Below are positions 53,501 to 64,000 of a stretch of 64,000 bases of DNA, one piece after another (the first letter of the stretch is position 1; every line of letters starts with the position of its first letter). The notes under the pieces are model-generated. The model was given only the letters and a program-made list of their open reading frames with translations. It had not been told where the DNA came from and did not search any database. Source of the stretch: the human T2T-CHM13v2.0 reference genome, Homo sapiens; assembly GCF_009914755.1 (NCBI RefSeq), contig NC_060947.1; one strand, 5' to 3'. Position numbers and translations under genes: made by a program.

Positions 53501-54205
53501 TGAGATACCATCTTATGACAGTTAGAATGGCAATCATTAAAAAGTCAAGAAACAACAGATGCTGGAGAGGATGTGGAGAAATCGGAACGCTTTTACATTG
53601 TTGGTGGGAGTCTAAGTTATTCCAACCATTGTGGAAGACAGTGTGGCGATCCATCAACGATCTAGAACCAGAAATACCATTTGACCCAGCAATCCCATTA
53701 CTGGGTATATATCCAAAGGATTATAAATCATTCTGCAATAAAGACACATGCACATATATGTTTATTGTGGCACTGTTCACAATAGCGAAGTCTTGGAACC
53801 AACCCAAATGCCCATCAAAGATAGACTGAATGAAGAAAATTTAGCATATATACACCTTGGTATACTATGCAGCCATAAAAAAGGATGAGTTCATGTCCTT
53901 GGCAGGGACATGGATGAAGCTGGAAACCATCATTCTCAGCAAACTAACACAAGAACAGAAAATCAAACACCACATGTTCTCACTCATAAGTGTGAATTGA
54001 GCAATGAGAACACATAGACACAAGGCAGGGGCATCACACACCGGGGCCTGTCGGGGGATGGAGGACTGTGGGAGGGATAGCATTAGGAGAAATACCTAAT
54101 GTAGATGACGGGTTGATGAGTGTAGCAAACCACCATGCCACGTGTATACCTATGTAACAAACCTGCACGTTCTCCACATGTATACCAGAACTTAAAGTAT
54201 ATATT
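50568..54205 (+). mobile_element. 5'-truncated L1PA (about PA6-PA7), from the EN region to the 3' end
   Basis: ORF2 fragments 50832-51056, 51469-51702, 52614-53444 and 53500-53829; L1 3' UTR ending CTTAAAGTAT. Confidence 0.95.
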
Positions 54206-55103
54206 TTTAAAATTCCATTTGTTGGTGTCTGCTTTAATTTATTTTATCAGTGTCTACAGTTTTCAGTGTGTAAGTTATTTCCTTGGTTAAGTTTATTCCT
54301 CAGTATTTTATTATTTTGATGTTATTGTAAATGAGATTGTATTCTTTATTTCCTTTCTGGAAAATTCATTGTTATTAAATAGAAATTCAACTGATTTTTA
54401 CATGTTGCTTTTGTATCACTCAATGTTTCTGTATTTATTAATTTTTTTACCAGATCATCACATAAGTTTATTTCTGATGTAACAGCAATGTTAAAGTTGT
54501 CATGTTTAATTCTTAACAGAATTCTAGGTTGATGTATTTTTTTCTCAAAAACTCTAAATATTTCACTCCACACTCTTGCTTGCATGGCTTCTGGGAAGAA
54601 GCCATATGTAACTTTTATTTTTGTACCTCCATGGCGAGGTATGTTTTTCTTCTGGCGTCTTTCAATATTTTTTCTTTATTTTTGATATTTTGAAGTTTAA
54701 ATATAATTTGCCTGAGAGTAGTTTTTTGGCATTTATCCTGCTTCTTGTTTTCTGAACTTTATAGATCTATGGTTTGCTGTCTGACATTAATTGGGAAAGA
54801 GGGGCAACTTTCAGTCATATTGCTTCAAATATATCATCTGTTTTTTTTTCTCAATGTATTCTCCTTCTGGTATTTGTATTACATGCATGTTACACCTTTT
54901 GTAGTAGTCTTACAATTCTTGGACTTTTGAGGTTTTCTTTCAGTCTTTTCAGCTTTGCTTTTAAGTTTTGGAAGTTTTTATTGTCATATCCTCAAGCTCA
55001 GGGGTTTTTACCTCAGCTGTGTTTTCTAATAATGAGTCCGCAATTTTTTTTTGTGGGCTCAATTATTTTACAGTGTTTTTTATCTCTAGCATTAAAAAAA
55101 AAC

Positions 55104-55262
55104 TAGAGATGGGATATTGCTATGTTGCCCAGGCTGGAGTGCAGTGGCTATTCACAGGCAGAATCATAGTGCACTACAGTGTTAAATTCCTTGCCTCAAG
55201 CAACCCTCCTTCCTCAGCCTCCTGAGTAGCTGGGATTACAGTCATGTACCACTAGGCTTGGC
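55104..55262 (-). mobile_element. Alu monomer (FRAM/FAM-like)
   Basis: GAGATGGG...TGTTGCCCAGGCTGGAGTGCAGTGGCTATTCACAGG...CTCAGCCTCCTGAGTAGCTGGGATTACA. Confidence 0.8.
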
Positions 55263-55562
55263 TTTCTAGCATTTTTAAATTCTTAGAATTTTCACCTCCC
55301 TGTTTACATTATTTGTCTTTTCTTGCATGTCATCTGCTTTTTTTCCCATTAAAGTCCATAGAATATTAATCATAATTTTAAATTTTCTGGTCTGATAATT
55401 CCAACATTCCTACCCTATCTGCCTCTGGTTTCCATATCTGTTCAGTTTATTCAAACTGTTTTTTTTCTTGCGTTTTAGTATGCTTTCTAATTTTTTGTTG
55501 AAATGTGGAGACATGATGTACTGGGTAAAAGGAACTGCAGGAAATATGCCTTTATTAAATGT

Positions 55563-55994
55563 TGTTAAAAGAAAAACTTCAGCTTAATTAAATTTAATGG
55601 CGCTTAATTAAGTTGTGAACGATTTGCGAATTGGGCAGTCCCCAGAATCACAATAGATTCAGAAACTCTGGGGGTGCCTTGTGGTCAGAACAAATTTATA
55701 GACAAAAAAAAAATAGAGTAACATATAGAAATAGGAAGTGAGGAACAGAAACAGCTGGATTGATTACAGGTTGGCATTTGCCTTATTTGAATACACTTTG
55801 AACACTCAGCAGTGTATGAGTGGTTGAAGTATGGCTTCTGGGATTGGCCAAGATTCAGCCGTTGTTACAGGAGCATATTCCTAAATTAGATTTTCAATCT
55901 TGTCTACCTATTAAGTTAGGTTGCAGTTTGTCCACAAGGACTCAAATATAGAAGCACAGAGTCCTTCTCAGGCTTTATTTAGTTCACTTTAACA
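55563..55994 (-). mobile_element. MER57A-like solo LTR
   Basis: TG...CA ends; 4 bp TSD ATGT (55559-55562 and 55995-55998); minus start TGTTAAAGTGAACTAAATAAAGCCTGAGAAGGAC. Confidence 0.8.
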
Positions 55995-56703
55995 ATGTGT
56001 AAATAAGGTGTGGAAGATGGGAAATTCTACAGTTCTATAACTATGTCTCAGTCTTTGGTGAGCTTGTGCCCCTGGACTATGAACTTCAACAGAGCTTCTC
56101 AGTTAGGTTATCCCTTTAGGTGGGGCAAGATGGCTAGAGTGGGCTGGAGTTGAGCATTCCCCTTTTTCCAGATAGAAAAGGCCCTGATAATACCCTAGCA
56201 GGTTAGGCTATGGTAAAAAAAAAAAATAAAAAGAAAAGAAAAATTAATCCTTGAATAATGTGGAGATTAGGAGTGCTGACCATCTGGACAGCAAAAAACT
56301 GATGTATAACGTTTTACTCCCCCAAAACTTAACTACTCAGCCTACTGTTGATGAGAAGTCTTACTGATAACATAAACAGTTGATTAACATATATTTCATA
56401 TATTTTATGTATATATATATATGCTATAAACTGTATACTTACAATAAAAAAGCTAGAGGAAAGAAAATATTATTAAGAAAATCATAAAGAAGATAAAATA
56501 AATTTACTATTCATTTAGTGGAAGTGGATCATCATAAAGGTCTTCACAGTGACTAGGCTGAGGGGGAGGAGAAAGAAGAGAGGTTGGTCTTGCTGTCTCA
56601 GATGTGGCAGAGATGAAAGACGTGGAGGAGATGAAAGGTGAAGCAAGAGAGGCAGGTATATCCTGTTTAACTTTAGAGAAACACATCATAATTTCTGCCG
56701 GAC

Positions 56704-57781
56704 TGTATTAGTCTCTTCTCACATTGCTATAAAGATACTACCTGAGGCTGGATAATTTATGAAGAAAAGAGGATGAATTTGACTCACAGTTCTGCATGTC
56801 TAGGGAGGCCTCAGGAAACTTACAATCATGGCTGAAGGTGAAGGGGAAGCAAGGCATGTCTTACATGATGGCAGGAGAGAGAGAGAGCATGCAGGGAATA
56901 CTGCCTCTTTTAAAACGATCAGATTGTAATTGCCCAATGGGTTCACCTAGCCCACTGCCTGGACAGAGCCAGTTTATCAAGACAGGAGAATAGCAATTGA
57001 GAAAGAGTAACTCATACAGAACTGGCTGTGTGAGAGACTGGAGTTTTATTATTACTCAAATCAGTCTCCCTGAGCATTCGAGGATCAGAGTTTTTAAAGA
57101 TAATTTGGTGAGTAGGGGCTGGGGAAGTAGGGAGTGCTGATTGGTCAGGTTGGAGATGGAATCACAGGGGAGTCGAAGTGAGTTTTTCTTGCTGTTTTCT
57201 GTTCCTGCGTGGGATGGCAGAACTGGTGGAGCCAAGTTACTGTTCTGAGTGGTGTCAGCTGATTTATCGTGTGTAAGGTCTGCAAAATACTGAAGCACTG
57301 ATTCTTGGTTTTACAATAGTGATGTTATCCCCAGGATCAATTTGGAAAGGTTCAGATTCTTGGGGCCAGAGGCTGCATGAACCCTAAACTGTAATTTCTA
57401 ATCTTGTAGCCAATTTGTTAGTCCTGCAAAGGCAGACTGGTTCTCAGGCAAGAAGAGTTTTTTCTGGGGGGAAAGGGCAATTATCAATTTTGTTTCAGAG
57501 TCAAACTATGAACTGAATTCCTTCCAAAAGTTAGTTCGGTCTATGCCTTGGAATGAACAAGGACAGCTTAAATGTTAGAAGCAAGATGGAGTCTGTTAGG
57601 TCTGATCTCTCTCACTGTCATAATTTCCTCAGTTATAATTTTGCAAAGGCGGTTTCAAGACCTTATGAGAACTCAGCATGGGGGATACCGCCCCCATGAT
57701 CCAATCACCTCAGGTCCCTCCCTTGATATATGGGGATTACAATTTGAGATGAGATTTGGGCGGGGATGCAGAGCCAAACAA
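56704..57781 (-). mobile_element. THE1/MST MaLR solo LTR split by LTR8
   Basis: TGTATTAGTC...GGAGGCCTCAGGAAACTTACAATCATGG...ATTACAATTTGAGATGAGATTTGGG...CAGAGCCAAAC; TSD C(G/T)GAC. Confidence 0.85.
56925..57657 (-). mobile_element. LTR8 solo LTR
   Basis: Minus start TGAAACCGCCTTTGCAAAATTATAACTGAGG; TG...CA ends; TSD AGA(T/C). Confidence 0.85.
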
Positions 57782-59410
57782 CTGACATTTTTGCTTTTTC
57801 ATTTCTCTAAAAATGTTTCTCTATGGTGCCAATCCTTCTATTGTTTGCTTTAGTTTCAGTGCCCATATAATAGAAGAGTACATATTGTAAAAGAAGTCAA
57901 AACTGTCTCAAGTAATCAGAACCTGTGTGCCAGATTGTCTAATGTCAGTTTGTTTTCTTCCACAGGTTCTTCTAAGTCTTCTTCCTCACAATCTGGAACT
58001 GGTTCTAAAGCACTCATCTCCATCAAATTGTCACCTGGTATGGGTGGTATCTATTAGCTCTTGAATTTCCGTATGATACACATCTTGAAAACTTTCACTC
58101 CCCATCATTTTTTTTTGCCATGTCCACAGTCTCTTTCATGATTTTCTTGATTGGCTCTGTCATAAATCCTGAGGTCATGCACAACATCTGGACACATTGT
58201 TTTCCAGCAGATATATATTGTGTTGGGCTCGATGGCTTTCATGGCTCTTTCTATAGCAACAATAACATCTTCTATGGTGTAATTCTTCCAGACTTTCTGG
58301 ATGGTTTCTCTATAGGGGTTCTCTTCTGTAGCATTGGCAAACCTTTCCATAGAGTACCATGTGTAATGAGCCTTAAAGGTCCTTATAATCTTATGATCTA
58401 GAGGCTGAATTAGAGATGTGTTTGGGGGCAAGTAGACCACCTTGATGCCTTTGGTGTGGAACTCATGAGGTTCTTGGTGGCCAGAAGCATTGTCCAATAT
58501 CAAAATAACTTTTTAAAAAAGTCCTTTACTGACAAGATATCTCTGAATTCAGGGACAAAGCATCAATAGAACCAATCTAGAAAAAGTGTTCTCATTGTCC
58601 AGGACTACTTGTTGTACAACCAAAAGACTGGCAGCTGCTGTTTATCTTTCCCTTCATTACTCGGGATTAGCAGCTTTATAGATAAGGGCAGTTCTGATCA
58701 TAAGCCCAACTGCATTTGCACAAAACAGTAGAGTTAGCTTATCTCTTCCTGCCTTAAATCCTGGTGGTGGTTCTCTTTCTTACTAATAAATATCATTTGT
58801 GGCTTTTTCCCCCAGAATAGGGCACATTCATTGCATTAAAAGTTGTTCAGGCAGATATCCTTTCTCCTCAATGATTTTCTTAATGTCTGGGACCTCTGTG
58901 TCTGTTGATTGTCAGAAGCTGCTTCTCCTGTTATCTTAACATTTTAGAAGGCAAACTTCTTTCTAAGTTTATCAAGCCATTTTTTACTGGCATTAAATTC
59001 TTCAGCTTTAGATCTTTCACCTTCCTTTTGCTTTAAGTTGTTAGATCATATCGAAGTCTGTAGGAATGCAATGCTTATAGCAACACTGCGGCCAAATAAA
59101 AACTGTATTTTCAATACAATATAAAAAGGTATTTTGCAAAAAGTGCAAGGATTTCATGCGTGCTGGCATAGCTCCAGCAACAGCTTCATGAAATTTCTTT
59201 TCTTTTTTTATTTTTACTGTGGTCTTTACACTGGATTTATTAATCTTGAAATGGTAGGCAACCACAGCTTCAAACCTCAATCTATGGTATACATCAAACA
59301 ATTCCAATTTTTCTTGTAATGTAATTATTTTTCTATGTTTCTTGGGAGCACTTCCAGCATCGCTATTGGCACTTTGTATAGGTCCCATGGTATTATTCAA
59401 GGTTTACAAT

Positions 59411-60069
59411 TAAAACTGCCTTTGTAAAAATTATATCAGTGAGAAAATTATGGAAGTGGGGGAGATCTGATCTAGCCAACCCTCCTCTGGCCTTTAGCCT
59501 TCAAGCTGCCAAGCTAGCTTTGGAAAACATTTAGGTTATAGTATAAATGATAATTGCCCTTCCCTGAAACTCAACTGCCTTTGTAAACCTAATGAGAGAC
59601 CACTAGGCTAGGAGGAGGAAAGGAGCCTGAATTCTGCTGAGGTGTAGACATAAAAGATTGCAAGCCATTATTCCAGAGGTCACAAGATAACATCACTAAT
59701 GTAGAATCTAAGATTGGCCTTTTGAGATACCTTTTCAGGCTTTGTGTATGTCTGAAACCCATGGCTCCACCTGGACCCACCAAATGATGGCTCTTGTGGC
59801 CCTACCCAGAAGAAATTCAGCCTTAAGAAAGATCATTTCCCACACCCCTGTAATTGCACTCCAACCAATTAGCAGCAAGCAACCATTTCCTAGCCACCTC
59901 CACCCCTTCCCCCAAACTGCCTTGGAAAAACCCCTAACCTAGGAGCCTTCCAGGAGATTGATTTGGGTAATAACTCAGTTTCTGATGTGGCATGTCAATT
60001 AAACTCTTTCTTTATTGTAGTGCTGTGATCTTTGTGCAGTGGGCAGGAAGAACTTGTCGGGTGGTTACA
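59411..60069 (+). mobile_element. LTR8A/8B-like solo LTR
   Basis: TAAAACTGCCTTTGTAAAAATTATATCAGTGAGAAAATT...GGGTGGTTACA; perfect 4 bp TSD CAAT (59407-59410 and 60070-60073). Confidence 0.8.
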
Positions 60070-60443
60070 CAATACTGCACTAAGCACGATAAAAAAATTA
60101 GTGAGAACTCTGACAGATCACTTTTTACTTTGTTATCCAATTTTCTGGAGAGATAAACTGCTTATGCAGAGATAATTAGTGTCACAGGGCATTTTAAGTG
60201 ATAAAACACTTGAGCCCACTGGAAAGACAACAGGAGGTGACTATGAAATTATTATAGTAGTACAGTATTGTAACAGTTAATTTTATGCAGATATGATTTG
60301 ATTCTGTATCTTCACATTTGTTTACATTTCTGTCAACTGAGAATGGTGTCATGTATGGTTTATGTTTGTAAATTTTGATAAATTTGAAACTTTAATAATA
60401 GATTTGTGAATATTTTATGGTAGCAAATGATAAAATAGACTAG

Positions 60444-60746
<303 letters not shown>

Positions 60747-61170
60747 TATGACATACATTTTTCTTAATTTTTTGACAGTTCTTGGCTATGAAGTTCATCT
60801 GCAAGTTTTTTCAAATTGTCACAAATCTCCAAAAATTCTTCCAATATGTAATACTTACAAAAAAAATCCACATATAAGTAGATCTGTGCAGTTCAAATCC
60901 ATGTTGTCTGAGGGTCAATTGTAGTTTCGTCTTCTATTAAGTAAAACAAAAATGGAGTACTCTGATGTGTTTCAAAATAGTGACTTTTTCACTCCCCCTG
61001 TCAGAAGCTAGATGGGATTTTTCTCTAATGTTCACTGTGAGGCAGAGCTGGTAGAGTTCCTGGAGGGCACAAAATGGTGCCCCTTCTCCACTCCATGCCT
61101 GGTCTCCTTGGAGTTTTTAACTCTCAGTCTTGTCCACTTAGAGCTTCCAGCAACTCATCAATTATAGTTC

Positions 61171-61717
61171 TGTTACAGGAAAGCAGTTCTGATGCAAACC
61201 ACAAGAAAGAGTTCTTGGATCTCTCACAAGAAAAAATTCATAGCAAGTCCGTAAAGTGAAAGCAAGATATTAGGAAAGTAAAGGAATAAAAGAATGGCTA
61301 CTCCATAGACAGGGCAGCCCTGAAGGCTGCTCAGTACCCATTTTTATTATTATTTCTTGATGATATACTAAACAAGGCGTGGATTATTCATGCATCTCCT
61401 TTTTAGACCTTATAGGGTAACTTCCTGACATTGCCATGGCATTTGTAAACTCTCATGGTGCTGGTGGGAGTGTAGCAGTGAGGGCGACCAGAGGTCACTC
61501 TCATCGCCATCTTTGTTTTGATGAGTTTTAGCTGGCTTCCTTACTGCAACCTGTTTTATCAGAAAGGTCATTATGACTGTATCTTGTGCCAACCTCATAT
61601 TTCCTCCTATGACTTAGAATGCCTTAACCACCTGGAAATGCAGCCCAGTAGGTCTCAGCCTTATTTTACCCAGTCTCTACTCAAGATGGAGATGCTCTGG
61701 TTCAAACACTTCTGACA
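61171..61717 (-). mobile_element. MER41A-like LTR (3' LTR of a provirus)
   Basis: Minus start TGTCAGAAGTGTTTGAACCAGAGCATCTCCATCTTGA, end TTTCCTGTAACA; preceded on the minus strand by the polypurine tract AAAAGGGAGGGGAGAAA. Confidence 0.88.
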
Positions 61718-63297
61718 TTTCTCCCCTCCCTTTTATAAGAGAATCCATAATTCTAAGAGTTGCAGAGGGATGAAGATCCATGATCTGTAACTTCTTCAGG
61801 CTGAATAGGGGCAATGATATTCCTACCTGAATATTAGGGTCTCTTGTGTTCAGGGTAGAGAGCTCAGTCAGAAAGCATCAGTATGGTGAGTGCCAGTCAT
61901 AACTCTGAGTTTTGACAAAAGGTGCTATCTAAAAGATTAATAAGTATTCAGTTTAAGAAAATATTGAGTAAGCTTATCCTGCATTCCTATACAAAGACTA
62001 CAACAGCAATATATATCACAACAGTGAAGAGAAATAAGTAAAATTATTTCAAGTAAACTAAATTAGAAGGTTTTCCATGAACTGGGCAACTGTTGACACC
62101 AAGCTGATATGGGGTTGCTAGATGATTCCATTAGGTGCCCAGGATTAGAATATTGATCCAGATTTTTACATTACCCAACCCTCTTGTTTCTTCTGAGTAG
62201 CAGCCAGAGATCACTGGTTCATTCATCGGGATAAGCAGGGTTAGCCTAAATTGCAGAAACAAACTTAAACAAAACTAATGAGGCTATAATTTAATAACAA
62301 GTGTACCATAGTACTTGAAACATAATATTTCTCTTTCCAGTTTCTCATTTTTGGTAAAAACAAATTATGGTAAGACTGAGGTGCTTTATTATACAAGGCC
62401 TGATTATTTGTCTAAAGTGCAGCAAGAATAATAATTTTTCACAAAGACTTTTTAACTGGCTTTGATGGGACTCTGTTCCATAGAAAAAATCTTAGATAAG
62501 ACTTTTTTTAGAGACAAGTCCTGCCATGGCTTTGAGTCCTTAAATACCTATGAGTTGAGTAAATTCTTCTCATCTTCATGTTACAGGATAACTTGGGGCC
62601 TCTGGGCTTCTGAGAAAGTGACACTCTTTACTTACTATAGGTCAGAAACCCTGTACAGGGACTCCTAAAATGCAGCATATGAGGCCAGTTCCCCAAGGGG
62701 TTTTTATTGGTTCTACAAGTCAAAATTGATTTCTTAAAGGAAAGCAGACCATTCCAGTCAAAGCCTTTGCAAAAATAAGCAGTTTCTCCAATTGTGTTCA
62801 TTACAAATGAAAACAGATTTCTATTGCACTTATGCAAATAACTATATTGCCATAAATTAAGAATACTCACAAATAGTTTCCAAGTTGTGGAGAAATTAGG
62901 TAGAGAGAAACAAAATGTTCCAATTTTTTTTTACAGGAATACTTTACTCAATTGCTTAAAGTTGTAAATAGCTGAAAATAAGTTTTCTTGACTCTGAAAA
63001 ACAAAACAAAGAACCAGCAACATTTTAAGCACAGTTAAAAACTTCCTCAGTTTAGTCCATGCAGTTAATTTCTGTTTGATATTCATGAATATTTCAGCTT
63101 TCCATGAGAGTCCTGAAAGTTTTTTCCTCTATTCTAATGTCACAATTTCCAAAATTATCAGAAACCTGCATTTAAGAACACCTGTTAGAGTTCTATAGCT
63201 GACTATAAACCACCTTCTAAAGAGGACCAAAACAAGACAATCATTTGTGGATGACAAAATGTCTTAATACAGCCACAGTTAAAAACACGATTCACAG
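61718..63297 (-). mobile_element. MER41/MER4-group ERV internal sequence (non-coding remnant)
   Basis: Directly follows the PPT-LTR junction; AT-rich internal sequence with no intact retroviral ORF. Confidence 0.7.
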
Positions 63298-64000
63298 GAT
63301 TTGTTGGCAAGATGGCTGAATAGGAACAGCTCTGGTCTGCAGCTCCAAGTGAGATTGACGCTTAAGGCTGGTGATTTCTGCATTTCCAACTCAGGTACCT
63401 GGTTCATCTCATTGGGACTGGTTAGACAGTGGCTGCAGCCCACAGAGGGTGAGCAGAAGCAGGGTGGGGCGATGCCTCACCTGGGAATTGCAAGGCATCG
63501 GGGAATACTCTCCCCTACCCAAGGGAAGCTGTGAGGAACTGTGTTGTGAGGAACAATGCACTCTGGCCCAGATACTGCACTTTTCCACAGTCTTTGTAAC
63601 TCACAGACCAGGAGATTCCCTCTGGTGCCTACACCATGAGGGCTCTGGGTTTCAAGCACAAAAGTGGGTGGTGGTTTGGGAAGACATCGAGCTGGCTACA
63701 GGAGGTTTTTTCCATACCCCAGTGGCACCAGGAATGCCAGTGAGACAGAACCATCCACTCCCCTGGAAAGGGGGCTGAAGCCAGGGAGGCAAGTAGTCTG
63801 GCTCAGTAGGTCCCAACCCCTATGGAGCCCAGCAAGCTAAGACCCATTGGATTTAAATTCTCACTGCCAGTTCAGCAGTCTGAGGTCAACGTGGGATGCT
63901 CAAGCTTGGTGGTGGGAGGGGTGTCCACCATTGCTGAGGTTTGAGTATGTGGTTTTACCCTCACAGTGTAAACAAAGCTGCTGGGAAGTTCAAATTGGGT
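63298..64000 (+). mobile_element. L1PA (about PA7-PA8) 5' UTR, continuing beyond the window
   Basis: GGCAAGATGGCTGAATAGGAACAGCTCTGGTCTGCAGCTCC...TTTCTGCATTTCCAACT. Confidence 0.9.

Larger units (their letters stand above)
54210..56220 (-). mobile_element. Old L1M fragments (ORF2 and ORF1/5' region) hosting later insertions
   Basis: TTCCATTTGTTGGTGTC...TTGGTTAAGTTTATTCCT; AGAATTCTAGGTTGA...CACTCTTGCTTGCATGG; highly diverged. Confidence 0.55.

Noticed and set aside
50459-54205. Possible twin-primed L1 formed by the short minus piece and the plus-strand L1
   Set aside because: The minus piece corresponds to a region inside the plus element (about 51438-51630) and differs from it at many positions; no shared TSD was found, so they are probably separate insertions.
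58105-59400. Domesticated TIGD/CENP-B-like gene
   Set aside because: The transposase is split into short frames between TIRs and surrounded by nested insertions; this is a decayed Tigger2.

Overview
Primate, most likely human, genomic DNA that is AT-rich and dominated by repeats: L1PA/L1PB/L1M, Alu, MIR, L2, MaLR and ERV LTRs, and Tigger DNA transposons. Almost all ORFs in the supplied track are L1 or transposon debris or chance ORFs. The only gene-like locus is a minus-strand, intron-containing member of the GAGE/PAGE/XAGE cancer-testis family (exons at about 19186-19067, 18199-18111, 17618-17515 and 16011-15886). It is closest to XAGE3 and, from memory, matches the XAGE-4 locus on Xp11. Its canonical ORF is broken by a +1 frameshift in exon 3. 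The same frameshift fuses an XAGE1b-type alternative-frame start to the conserved GAGE C-terminal exon, which is the most interesting observation here. Other notable structures: an L1 3' transduction ending at a captured LTR poly(A) site (11106-12312); a ~28.6 kb L1 block with a twin-primed inversion, a captured mRNA-like 3' end and a three-level nest whose youngest member has the ZNF93-escape deletion; and a full-length Tigger2 carrying nested LTRs. I see no evidence of a wholly new multi-gene system. Repeat subfamily names come from recalled consensus sequences and need RepeatMasker/Dfam confirmation.
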